A DNA stretch of 64,000 nucleotides from NCBI GenBank assembly GCA_002269645.1, contig NIVC01002381.1, forward strand, positions 62,153 through 126,152, written 5' to 3'. Below the pieces are notes generated by a model. The model saw only the letters and a program-made list of their open reading frames with translations, ran no database searches and was not told the DNA's origin. Positions 42,436 through 54,907 of this stretch are shown here, piece after piece. Numbering within the stretch: the first letter of the stretch is position 1; each line of letters begins with the position of its first letter. Position numbers and translations under genes: made by a program. This DNA is from Macrostomum lignano (Eukaryota).

Positions 42436-44420
42436 GGCGAGAACTGACTGTCTGAATGAACGGGGGGAGGGGGTAGGGTTGGGATCAGCTCTCAGGCAGC
42501 TGTCAGACCAGAGAGTCGGACTGACATCAGTGGCTCTACAAATGAAAAAAACCGTTAGACCAAGCAAGGAGAACAATTAGTTTTACAAAATTACGAGTAG
42601 TAATGTTGGGTTACTTCCTTAGTACTTAAGCAGTAACCCTGTTGTTATATATAAATGTTGTCTGTTGTCTCTTTCGATTGAAGCTAAAATAAACCTTGAT
42701 GATGTCCGCTTTGGACGAAAAGCTTTGGCACGAGCTAATTGCACAACATTTTTCCTAGCTGCTGGTTCTATTTTTGAATCTGACGCTGATCTCAGAAAAA
42801 TAATAATGGAGGTTACTAAAAAAAGTCACGTACCGGAGCAGCAGTTGACAGATTTGACCCAATGGCTCACAAGGTACAGCCTACCTGATCGATATTTTAG
42901 TTCCATATTTCTGCTTTAAATAGCTATCCAAATATATACCATATGGTTGAACCTGTTATGAGGGATTTTTAGTGAAGAAAACTAGCAATCAGCGCCCCCT
43001 GTTGGGGAGCCAACATGGTATGGAATAAAAATTATTGAACAAACTACATTTAGCTTCTGACTACTCCTCAGCCTTGATATCTCAGCAATTCCCCGACCAG
43101 CCTTGACATTACAGCAATTCTCCCCAAGGATCGCAGCATTAGCAACCTCCCCATGGCTTGACATCTTAGCAATTGATCCCCAATGAACCTTTTGTGTTTG
43201 ACATAGCTCTTCTTTTACGTTAGACATGACAAAAAGTTTTCGTTTCACTGGGGAAGGTGCAAAGTATGAAGTTAGTGCGTTTCGAGAGAGGTTGGCCCCC
43301 TGTTCCACATTTCTGTGGGACCAACAAATTTAAAGTTAAGAGACGCAGCTTTATGAGCTTCAATGACAACTCTCACAGCAGTCATATTCATATCACAGGA
43401 GCACCCACGGGTTCGCTTGTAAATTTGCAGCCACTGTTCGAAAATGAAAAGAGCAAATTGGCGAGATCACTTACCGAAATACAGATGCTGAGAATGGCTT
43501 AGCGACTTTGTAGCACGGCTGGTTTATGTGAGTTGGTTTTGCTGGCCATTAGTTTCAATTAGTTTCAGATATAATATACAGTGTATACCATGCAGTCATA
43601 CATGTACATGTACAATAGTTGGAATGGCAGACCCCCTACGCACTTGAAATCTAATTGGGGTGGGCGAGAATTTCAGATACAAATACCAGCATATTCTGTT
43701 CGCAACTGCACGCTCTGGCTGTGATCGGTACAGTACGGAGCTAAGAGGAAGTTTGGGCAAATTGAGGGGGAACTTCATTGTTTCTCAATCCTCGTCTCCC
43801 TCCTTACGTACATGCGTGACGGAGTCATATCACGGGTCTTGGGTGATTGCGAGCTAAATTCAACTGGCTCTCTCGAGGGCCCGATCACAATCTTGTTCAG
43901 TTACCACATAGTAAGTCTATACAAAAGAATCCACATTGACTGTACGTGTGGTAGCCCAGCATTAATGTTGATCGATAATTTCCGCCTTGTCCTAATGGCA
44001 ACGCCAAGCAACGGACGCTGACGAGCTCGCTCGAACAACAGCAAGTTGAGATGCCTTCAAGTTTGAGTTAGCAACGCCGCGCCGTGCTACCCACACTCAG
44101 TGCAGGTGTTCATGCTTTACCGGCGGTGACAGGTGCGCACTGTGTTTCGTCGACTGCCTGCTGGCTCGTGCTGTCACCCGAATTTGGTAGGCGGCGGAAT
44201 GGCCTTTGTTTTCGCGCTATAACGCTGCTTTTTTTAGGCTGTAGGCATTCTGGCTCGCGCTCAACGCTTTCGGGGCGAAATCGTCTCAAAAAAACCAGCA
44301 GTTTTGCCCATTTCGCAGACTCCAGGGCACATGCATGCGCAAGCGCGCCAACACTGTATGCTTGGGGGTTGACAAACCCCCTGTGACCAATTTTCCTGCA
44401 CACAAGCCCCAAATGAGCGA

Positions 44421-44493
44421 GGCCACACAAGGAATCGAACCCGGGTTCTTGGCGGGAGAGTCGGACTCGGTTCACCACTGAGCTGATCCGCCC
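44421..44493 (-). pseudogene. tRNA-derived element (SINE head or pseudo-tRNA)
   Basis: Box A CAGCTCAGTGG and box B GGTTCGATTCC at tRNA spacing, but the acceptor, anticodon and T stems do not pair. Confidence 0.55.
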
Positions 44494-45407
44494 CGTCCGT
44501 AACTGTACGAGTATGGAGGGCGGGGATCCTTGACAGACGGTTAAAGGATGTCGATATTTCACCAAAAACTATGAGCACTGGTTTTTAAATCTAAGGAATT
44601 CAAGCCTGGACATCCAGTCCAAGGAAGCAGCTTCTTAAAGATGTACTTTAGCAGAACAGACAGCTGCCCCTGAACTAGAATGAGCTGCCTCCAGATCTTC
44701 TTCTACGAGCTAGAAGCTGAAGCCGCAACAATAGGCTAGCTTGTGTTCGTGAATTTTGTGTTTCACCTTTGGGATAGTTCTACAGGTGCAACCGAAGGAA
44801 CTCGAGCTGTCCGGCTTTGACTTGCGTCCGAGCAGCGTACATACCATACTACTTTGTAATAAACCAAACCAATTGAACTAAAAATACAATTGACTGCTGG
44901 TCTTATAGAAATGTCATTACCTGATTATATATTTTTTTAAATCAAACCAAATCAACTCGCCTTATCAAAAACATTGAATGTTGAAGTCTGTAACAGTAGA
45001 AAGCGTGAAAAAACTGTATTAAAATACAGCCTGATATTTGGTAAATGAGTATGAATATAGATGGATATAGTGCTGCATAATTACTGGTTCTACTCAGAAG
45101 CGCTAAGCTGGCTCTAAGAGCGAATGAATAAGACACTAAAAATAGCATCAGGCAGAGTAGGCACACTGGAGTTGCAGCATTCATTTCTCATTAGTATATA
45201 GAAAAAGGGAAGCATAAATCAAATTGGAAACATGTAGAAGAAAATTTGTGCTAAAATTTACACTCAAAATATTTTTATTTTATAACCAATGCTCAAGCTA
45301 CACTACTCGGGCAAGCAAGTCAGTAGCATCTAACGAGTGCATTTGCCGGGCGGTGGGCAACGCGGGTGAAGCGGAGAACATTTTGGACAGCAATAATGTC
45401 AGGCAGG

Positions 45408-45990
45408 GGTCCATAGACACGGACAGGTGAGGTCCTTAAACACGGATACACGGGGTCAATAGACAAGGACAGGAGGGGTCAGGTGGGATCTATAGATACG
45501 GACAGAAGGGTCAGGTGGGGTCCATAGACATGGTCAGGCGGGATCCATAGACATGGACAGGTGGGGTCCATAGACATGGACAGGAGGGGTCATATGGGGC
45601 CCATAGACATGGATAGGAGGGGTCAGGTGGGTCCATAGACATGGACAGGGGTCAGGTGGGGTCCATAGACATGAACAGGAGGGGTCCATAGACATGGACA
45701 GGAGGGGTCCATAGACATGGACAGGCGGGGTCAGGTAGGCTCCATAGACATGGACAGGCGAGGTCAGGTAGGCTCCATAGACACGGACAGGCGGGGTCAT
45801 GTAGGCTCCATAGACACGGACAGGCGGGGTCAGGTAGGCTCCATAGACATGGACAGGTGGGGTCAGGTAGGCTTCATAGACACGGACAGGCGGGGTCAGG
45901 TAGGCTCCATAGACACGGACAGGCGGGGTCATGTAGGCTCCATAGACACGGACAGGCGGGGTCAGGTGGGGTCCATAGACATGGACAGGC
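45408..45990. repeat. 33-bp minisatellite overlapping the stop codon of the C2H2 gene
   Basis: ATGGACAGGCGGGGTCAGGTAGGCTCCATAGAC units. Confidence 0.9.
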
Positions 45991-46786
45991 GGCGCGCGTG
46001 GGCCCGCAGGTGGCGCACCAGGTCGCCGGGGCGCTGGAAGCCGCGCGGGCAGATCACGCAGTCGAGTCGGCGACCGGCGGCGATGGCGTCTTCGTCCTCG
46101 TGCGCCCGCCGGTGGCTGTCCAGGTGGCTGCGGCGGGCGAAGCGGTGCTGGCAGAGGTCACACTGGAACGGCCGCTCGTTGGCGTGCAGGCGGCGGTGGC
46201 TCAGCAGGGAGCCGCTCTGGGCGAAGCTGCGGCCGCACTGGGCGCAGGCGAACGGCCGCTCGCCAGAGTGCGTGCGGCGGTGGCGGGACAGGTCGGTGTT
46301 GCGCGGGAACTGCCGGCCGCACTGGTCGCAGCTGAACGGGCGCTCGTCGGTGTGCCGGGCCCGCAGATGGCTGCGCAGGTTGCTGAGGCGGGCGAAGCTG
46401 GACGGGCACTGCTCGCAGCTGAAGGGCCGCTCGCCGCTGTGCACCCGCATGTGGCTGCTGAGGTGGCTCCGCTGGCCGAAGGCGAGGCCGCAGTCGCCGC
46501 AGCGGTGCGGTTTCGCGTGGCTCCGCCGATGCCGAGACAGCTGGCGGAGCTCCGGGAAGCGGCGCGGACAGTCCGGACAGCTGAACTGCTCGGCCGCGGC
46601 GGCCTCCATGGCGTCAGGCGGCTGGCGCTGGTCAGGCGCGGACTGCCGATCCTCAGTGTGCGGCGGCTGCTGCTGCAAGTCGGGCATGGCGGGGCGGGGG
46701 TCAGAGACCAGCTGCTCAGCCGCGGTGTGCATATATTGGGGCCGGCAGCGGCTCACATGCCGGCTCACTGTGTGGCAATGCGCCAT
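45962..46786 (-). CDS. C2H2 (Kruppel-type) zinc-finger protein, 7 fingers
   Basis: Seven CxxC...HxxxH units with SGERPF-type linkers; the exact start codon is uncertain. Confidence 0.9.
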   Translation of the reverse strand: MAHCHTVSRHVSRCRPQYMHTAAEQLVSDPRPAMPDLQQQPPHTEDRQSAPDQRQPPDAMEAAAAEQFSCPDCPRRFPELRQLSRHRRSHAKPHRCGDCGLAFGQRSHLSSHMRVHSGERPFSCEQCPSSFARLSNLRSHLRARHTDERPFSCDQCGRQFPRNTDLSRHRRTHSGERPFACAQCGRSFAQSGSLLSHRRLHANERPFQCDLCQHRFARRSHLDSHRRAHEDEDAIAAGRRLDCVICPRGFQRPGDLVRHLRAHARRLSMSMDPT

Positions 46787-47297
46787 TCACATTTCTGCTG
46801 CAGTCCCCACCTCACTGAGCTCTGCTCACAGCTCTCAACACTTCCTCGGACCACCCGGGCCAAGGTGGCTTTTTTCTAACTGCTGCTTTTTTATCGGCCT
46901 GCCGCGCTATCTTGCTGGGCCTCCCTCTCTCTCTCTCTCGCTCAGACCACTGGCAGCAATCTATGGGAACACCTGTGGAACACCTGCCAGAAGTGAGACG
47001 TCCTTTTTTATTAAAAAAAATGGGTGAGCAGGGTGTTCTTCATTTGCCGATAACTCCGCTAGCTCAGCTAAAATATGCCAAATAAACAAGCAATGTGAAA
47101 GACGCACAGGTGTATTGAAATAAAAATAGGGCATGAAACAAAAGTGAAATTGAATAGGAAATCAAAGCGTGTATTTGCCATCGGCCTGGCTGTGGCCAAG
47201 CAGAGCGATTCGTACATTGCGAGCTCAGCTCGGCAGGCCATGAAGTCACTGGGTGCCGCAGCATTAGCTGGATATGAATGAAACTGGCTGCCGCAGC

Positions 47298-49784
47298 TCA
47301 CACGGGCTTCGTGACCATCAGAGCAGCTGACGGGCACAGGTCCAGCGTGTACAGCGGCTTCTCCATGTCCTCAGCGGTGAACACCCGCTTTGGGAACAGC
47401 GTCATAAGGGCGAAGTCCTCACCAGCCCGGCCGTCTGTCCGGTTGGTTCGAACGTAGCAGGCCACCGCCGCGAGGCTCTCCTTGGCGCCGAACTGGGTAG
47501 TGAGCGGCTGGCCGCCGCCCGGCAGGCGGATCTGCAGCCGGCAGGTGTCGCCGTCCGACACCGCGGCGGGGGTCGCCGCCTTCGGCAGGCTCGGGCCAGA
47601 CGGCGCGCCAGCGGCAGCCGCAGGGGCAGCCGGTTGACCCGCGGCCGCTCGGCGCTCTTCGGCTTCGCGCGCCTCCATCTCGGCGCGGTCCTGCGCGTAG
47701 CGCTGCCTAATGCGCGCCAGGTACTCGCGCTGCTCCTCCTTCTCGCGCCGGCGCGCCTCGGCCTCGCGCTTTAACTCCTGCTCAGCGGACTCCTCGCGCC
47801 ACTTTTTGAGGCCTTTGCCGTCCGTGCGCCGCTTCCGCTCGCGCTCCAGCTCCGCCCGGCGCTCCTCAGCCTCCCGCTCTTGGCGCTTCGCCTCCAGCTT
47901 GGCCTCCAGCTGGCGCAGCTGCTCCGCCTTCTCCTCGGCTGTCAGGGCGCGGACCTGCGGTTAGGGCGGGGCGGATTCTGCTTGAGAGCTGAGATGGGGG
48001 CGGATTTTGGTTGAGAGCTGAGATGGGGGCGGATTTTGGTTGAGAGCTGAGATGGGGGCGGATTTTGGTTGAGAGCTGAGATGGGGGCGGATTTTGGTTG
48101 AGAGCTGAGATGGGGGCGGATTTTGGTTGAGAGCTGAGATGGGGGCGGATCATCCGCTAGTTGGGGGCGGATTATCCGCTAGTTGGGGCGGATCATCCGC
48201 TAGTTGGGGGCGGATCATCCGCTAGTTGGGGGCGGATCATCCGCTAGTTGGGGGCGGATCATCCGCTAGTTGGGGGCGGATCATCCGCTAGTTGGGGGCG
48301 GATCATCCGCTAGTTGGGGGCGGATCATCCGCTAGTTGGGGGCGGATCATCTGCTAGTTGGGGGCGGATCATCCGCTAGTTGGGGGCAGTGGCGGATCTG
48401 GCATTAGATAATGAGTTCGCTGACATTAACAGCCCTTCCCCAGCTGCTCACCTCCTCCGTGGACTGGGAGAAGTTGGCGTGGCCGGTCTTGGCGGCGTGG
48501 AATTCGGCCTCGGCCGGGCTGCGGAACAACTTGCCGCAGTCGTCGCACTTCAAAGATTTTGCATCGGCATCGGTGGCCTCCGCCGAGCCGGCGGTGCCTC
48601 CCGCCGACTCTCCTGACGCCGCCGACGAAGCAGCTGCCGCGTTGGCTGCCGGCGCGGGCTCCGGTTCCGGGATCGGGTCGTCAATATCCGGGTCATCCTG
48701 GTGGCTGGACAGCCTGCGGAATTTCCGAGGAAAAAGCAGAGTTAGGCAATGTTGGCATTGCCGAGTCAGCTGGGGTAAGATCGCTACTTGGTTAGAGGCG
48801 ATTCTCAGCTGAGGTCAGATGGCGGTTCTCATGGTGAGATCGGGGGGCGATTCTCATGGTGAGATCAGGGGAGGATTCTCATGGTGAGATCAGGGGGCGA
48901 TTCTCATGGTTAGATCAGTGGGCAATTCTCATGGTGAGATCAGGGGGCGATTCTCATGGTGAGATCAGGGGGCGATTCTCATGGTGAGATCAGGGGAGGA
49001 TTCGCATGGTGAGGTCAGGGGGCGATTCTCATGGTGAGATCAGGGGAGGATTCGCATGGTGAGGTCAGTGGGCAATTCTCATGGTGAGATCAGGGGGCAA
49101 TTCTCATGGTGAGATCAGGGGGCAATTCTAATGGTTAGATCAGGGGGCGATTATCATGGTGAGATCAGGGGGCGATTCTCATGGTGAGATCAGGGGAGGA
49201 TTCGCATGGTGAGGTCAGGGGGCGATTCTCATGGTGAGATCAGGGGAGGATTCGCATGGTGAGGTCAGGGAGCGATTCTCATGGTGAGATCAGGGAGCGA
49301 TTCTCATGGTGAGATCAGGGAGCGATTCTCATGGTGAGATCAGGGAGCGATTCTTATGGTGAGATCAGTAGGCGGTTCTCAGGTGGTATCAGGTGTCAGT
49401 ATGGTCAGGGTGGATCCTCGGTTGATGTCAGAGAGTGACTTTGGTCTATCAAAATTCAAAGCCAAAATCGACAAACTAAATAAGTTATTACATTGTTACG
49501 ATATTACTTGTAATATTAGTATACTCGTACTAATTAAACCAGCAAAAACATGAGTTGGAGAAACTTGAAGTAATACAATGGACTTACCAGTCCATTGCTG
49601 CTTCAATCCCTTTGTTCCCCGACTTCAACAGAGCTTTTTTTCTAAAAATAAAAGACAAAATAACGATTTCACTGGCAATGTAGCTTGTAGACATAGCAAG
49701 TGATTTATTTGGCATTTCTTACGCTCTGATTTCGGAGAAACCCATGTCTAAGAGCATGCTCAGGTTGGAGTCATTGGATGACAT
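47298..49784 (-). CDS. UBXN1: UBX domain-containing protein 1-like (UBA - C2H2 - coiled coil - UBX)
   Basis: Exons 49723-49784 (MSSNDSNLSMLLDMGFSEIRA), 49588-49641 (KKALLKSGNKGIEAAMDW), 48452-48713 (CDDCGKLF...HAAKTGH), 47298-47954 (CRLQIRLPGG...LMTLFPKRVF...LDLCPSAALMV); GT-AG introns with consistent phases. Confidence 0.9.
47985..48385. repeat. Adjacent 29-bp and 22-bp minisatellites in UBXN1 intron 3
   Basis: GGCGGATTTTGGTTGAGAGCTGAGATGGG then GGATCATCCGCTAGTTGGGGGC. Confidence 0.9.
48810..49375. repeat. 25-bp minisatellite in UBXN1 intron 2
   Basis: GATTCTCATGGTGAGATCAGGGGGC units. Confidence 0.9.
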
Positions 49785-50069
49785 GGCAGATTCGACTGTT
49801 GCATGAAGTATTGGATTTGAAAGTTCATTTGTTTAATTGACTTAATTTGAAGGTTTAAGATAAATTATAATATCTGGTCATTCAGAAGTTATTGTATTTT
49901 ACAAGTAAATATTATAATTAGTTAGAAAAAATGTATGCATTATATGTACATGCAATGTGTCTAAGGCCTTCTCTATTTTGTACAATTAATAATGCTTTTT
50001 GCACAAATTGAATTTGCACCAAATCTCTGAAAAATATTTTGTTGAAATATTTATACATGTAATTCAACA

Positions 50070-50288
50070 GGCCAGGGGGTTGTAGCCTAGAGGTTAGAAA
50101 GTTGGACTCACGACTAAAACTGAAAAGTTGGGGTTCAATTCCCAATCCCACTGGAACAATATGTGTCCATGAGCAAGACACTTAATTCTGCATTGCTTCA
50201 GTTCACCCAGCTGTAAAATGGGTGCCAGCATTAGCTAGGGTAATTGAGGGTGTGTGTGACAACCCCCAAGTCCTTGGACTGAACAGCT
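50070..50288 (+). mobile_element. tRNA-derived SINE (older copy)
   Basis: Degenerate A/B boxes followed by gtgtccatgagcaagacacttaattct...cacccagctgtaaaatggg; homologous to 59767-59960. Confidence 0.7.
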
Positions 50289-52139
50289 ATACTTATTTGA
50301 CAATGACCAATTTTTTAAAGTAAGATGTGGAAAGCCTTTTTTATTCTTTATTTTTAAGCAAAAATCTAATTTTCTGTGATTTCAAATCTGCACAAAAACT
50401 AAAAAACAAACTTTTTGTTTAAATAATCATATTTTTCTAAATATTTTTGTGATTTTTTGTTTTAAATGAACCAAGAAAATAGTATAAATAGATGCAAATT
50501 TTCAGACAAGAGAATCAACCTTGCCAACTGTGGTTACATATAATTAATAATAAACTAGGTGTAGCAGTTAACAAGAAGTGTTCCAAATGAAATTAAATCT
50601 TTGAGAATTCAATTTGACTTGGTTAATTTTCTGAGTGAAGTAGAAAGATAATAAGAATATACCATATATACTACTGAGAAGTAGAAAACCATAGTAAAAG
50701 AGACAAAGTAGATCTTGAAGCAGACATATAGAGGCCATGACCTTCTAATCTCAGAAATGCCCAGGACTAGAAAGATCAATACATGCAATCCATATACTAG
50801 TAGAATATATACTGCTCAGGTCAGATATTTATATATATAACACTACTAGAATTAATTAAGAATGCTACCAATGGAATAATAATGCTATCAGTTAAGAAAT
50901 AGGAAATACTAAGAACTATTACTTAGACTAATACTTAGATATATACTCAGACTTAGACAAATATTCAGTTACATATACTAAGAATAAAAGTCCTGCAACG
51001 ACTGAAAGAGAACAACATAACCATCGGGAAGGATAAGTGCAAGTTTTTAGTGGATTAAAATAATCTTCATGGGAATGCTACTAACTTGCAAGGATATTTA
51101 GGGTCTCAACCAATTCTAAGAAAGTAGAGAATTAGCATAGGAACAACTAGGTGGAAGCTTTTAGGACATTTACAGAGACTGAAGCAAGACCTTAGTGACA
51201 CCACACTCTCAAATCTGCTACATGGTACGCTAGAAAAAATGACCCCCTATACCATAAATTCAAATTTACACCACAAAAAACTAATTTACTTGTGATCTAT
51301 ATGCCAGACATTATCAAAAAAGCATTTTGGCAATAAAGGATTTTTTTGTTGCAGCAATACAAGAATAATTTTTTCTTGGAATTGGGATCAGGATTTGGGA
51401 TTAGGTCTTTTAGTATATTGAAGTTTGTAGGTCCATATAAAGTTAAACAAAATTGAGCAAAAAATGTCAATATCAAAAGTAAAACACAACAAAATTGATG
51501 CAAAGTTTGGTAATTAACAAAGTAATAACATAATGAATACTGGTAATTAACAAAGTAATAACATAATGAATACAAGTTAAAACAAAATAAATTTAAATAA
51601 TTATTAATTCTATAAACTTTTGATCAAAAGAACTGTTCCCAATTCTTGTGTTTTTTAGGGTTGGGATCCTAGTCCCACAGGAACACAATTTTCCTTGGGA
51701 TCCTAAGATTTTGGGATTGGGATCCCATCCAATGGTCCAGTGTTGCCACTACTTGCGTTTTTAATGTAGCTATATTTTTTTAGCTCTGGTTCTGCGTTGT
51801 GCAATAATTTTTTCACCAGATGTAATATCTGCGTTTTTTCTTATTATATACACCGTACCCATCCTTTTTCATGATTATAAATAAACAAGCCCAGTTGGTA
51901 GTCAAATTTTGACTCTGTTTTATACTTGTCTTTTTAATTTTAAGTAACATTTTTGGTATCTAGCAGTCAGCAAAATGATAATTTGTTTTATTTAATGCTA
52001 TTACTCTCACTTAAAGCAAAAATTAATTAATCCTTTCCATATATTTCAGTGTCCTTATTTTGCAAATCAAACTACTGTTGCAGCCAAGTGCCAATGATAA
52101 TACCAAATAGCAAAGTACCTAGTAAAAGCCACCAAACTC

Positions 52140-52545
52140 TTTTCAAGAGAGCTGGATTAAGAAATTGAATGCATAGACTTGGTTTCAAAAAGGCGAAACC
52201 CCAACAATTGCTTCATGCTCAGCCTGCAACGATGCCGAAATATCTATGGCCCAAGCAGGCATTCAAGCTCTGCATTAGCACAAGAAGGGTACTAAGCACA
52301 TTGTTGCTGTTGCTGTTACCATGAAGTTGCAGCACTCTATCAAGCATTTTTGCCAAGCCCCTGGCTGAAAAGGTTGATGTAGCTAAGCCAGCTGATCAAG
52401 TTATGGAAGCTGAGCTTTGTTGATGTCTCTATCTGTGCAAAACAAATACCACAATCAATTTGCAGGATCATTTGGCCCATCTTTTTGATTGAATGTTTCC
52501 AGACAGCCAAATTGCTAAAAGATGACCTGCAGTTGAACAAAGCTA
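52140..52545 (+). pseudogene. Decayed hAT-like transposase fragment (BED-type finger and FPDS motif)
   Basis: FQESW...TWF...CSAC...H*HKKGTKH followed by MFPDSQIAK; stops and frameshifts present. Confidence 0.6.
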
Positions 52546-54907
52546 TTGACATTGTACCTTCTTGTTCATGCCATGGATCCATTCTTCCAGAAAAGTCTGG
52601 TAGAACTGCTGAAAACGACACCAAAACAACACTAGGCCTACTATGTCTATCATGCCTATAATGTATATGTCATTAGGCCTACTATATAAATTATTTAATA
52701 AGTCAGTTCTTTAGGTCTCTGCCTCAGCCTGAGGCTCAGGGATTAAGTTAATATAAACATTTTTGGGTAGGATGTTGGCATAGACCTTAGTCCTATACCT
52801 AAAATAAGTCATCGTAGTAGTAGTAGTAGTAGTAAGTTTGGCTCAGGCAAGAAGCCTATTTGGCCAATATATTTCAATGTAGGGGGCCTAATTTAATAAA
52901 TTTCAATAAATCACACTGAATAGTAATTCAAGAGAGAAGGATGGAGTTTTGCAATAATATGTAATGTATCTTTATATCTATTTTAAAAGTAATCATATTT
53001 TGTACTTATTTTAAATTGTGCATTGTTTGTACTTGTATTCTATTTATATTTTACTGTACTTTTTACTGTATGTATTTATGTTTATTTTGCTGGACAGTTT
53101 AAAATAAAGCTTGTTTTAATGACTAATAATTAACTAATGTAAATATGAGTCATCGTTTTTTGTAAGAGTTCGCCGCTCTAATTTGGCATTGGCACTCTGG
53201 TCTCGACTGACGATTCAAATATTCAAATGGGACTATTCAAATTTATTACAAATATAGTATTTGAAAGAGCACCAAATTTTTCTACGAAACTTTAAACGAT
53301 CTTTAACGACTAACAAAGCAAAAAGTAAGAAATTAAAAAACAAGTATTGTATGAAATTTATGTATAGCAATTCGATTGATCCCGTAGGTAATGAAAAATA
53401 AGTTGGCGTCACTAGGGGAGCGCATAGATGCTGGCAGGGAGACAGGATTTCAATACTAATCTCCGGCTTAAGCCAAAAAAGTTCTGCAACGTCAAAACGA
53501 AATGCAAATAGGTATTGATCAGACAATAGCAAAAATCAAATGTAAGGATTGTTGGCAATTATTAGGCATTAAAGATGAAGGATATTTTTTAAAAGCAAGT
53601 ATAGGAGGAAATGACCAAAAAATAGAGCTCTTAAGTCCGCTGATAATAGAAAATATTTGAGATGAGACTGACACTCGGAAATAACAAACATATCTGCTTC
53701 TTCTAAACCACAAAACCTTAAAGCCATTTTACAGGAGAAACAAAGATAAACAGCCTTAAAAATGGATCTCCCAATTAGAATGATTTTTATAATTAACCAA
53801 AAAATGATTCACTTTCCTATTTTCACAGTGCACTAGATTAATATTTGCAGAGTGCGAAAGTACTCGCTTGCTCTCTGTTGCTTCAAATTTTTATTAATCT
53901 ATTAATAAAAAAGATTAATAAATTAAAAAATTAATAATTTTTATTTTTATTATAACTTAAACGAGAGCAAGCTTTGTGAATGATGTAATATGAGCTGCCC
54001 ACTAGAGCTACGCACAAAGCGGTTTGCACTCGTACATTTAACAATCAGCCGATCTCATGAGTAAATGTATATGTCTCATGATTTCCTCATCGTATCCAAC
54101 TGAAGATGATGATCCTAATGTGAAGAGCAGTCCTTGATGTGAGACTCGGTTGGCATGCTGACTGTCTTTGTTTCAAAATGAGGCCTAAAACTCGAAGATC
54201 GTCTATCTCCTCCTGAGAAAAATGCTGACCTTAATTATAGCTGGGCGAGGCCGGCTGGGGCGGGTCCATGAGATTTGCCCGCAGTGCATTTTGCCCTTGA
54301 GCGAATTGCCCGTCGAGTTTTTCCCGCCGAGATTTGCCCGATTTGCACATACTTTGCATGTAGTGCTATCCCAGACGGCGAACGGGCAGGAATGAGTCAA
54401 TTAGAGTTAGTCTAGGGATCTTTTGAAGGCTTTAATACTTCTGCATCAGCTCTATATGGCGACAAGTTGACAAATTTCAGGCCAAAAGCGAGAAAGCACA
54501 TGCACATGTATTTTCTGAGAGTTCAATGTACTTCGTACGAGTAATAGTGCATCCAGCGGAGAGACTCCTCAGCGCAGGAACCCCTGGAAAGTCTTCTCTG
54601 TCCCTGCATGGACACGACAACACCCTGGCCGATTTTCGTGCACAAGCCTCAAATGAATGTGTGACCGCGGGCACGGAATTGAACGAATTAGGGTCCGCCT
54701 CTCAATTACAGTAGCTATATGTACAGATACATGCGCCAGAAAGTTTTCATCCATGAAATGTTTGGCTATATGAAGTCCTGGCTTGCTAATCTGTCCAATT
54801 TAATAAATAATTGAGCATTGATTAATCAGTCGACAAGGCGTTCTGGAGAACGGGAAGTTTGCAAAGTCACAGCGTCACTGCGAGGGAGCTCCACTCGCAG
54901 TCATCGA

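Noticed and set aside
42487-42576. N-terminal hydrophobic extension (MFSLLGLTVFFIC) on the IFIT-like ORF
   Set aside because: It spans a polypyrimidine tract and acceptor (tttttttcatttgtag); the ATG at 42435 has good context.
44421-44493. Functional tRNA gene
   Set aside because: A and B boxes are present but the cloverleaf stems do not pair.
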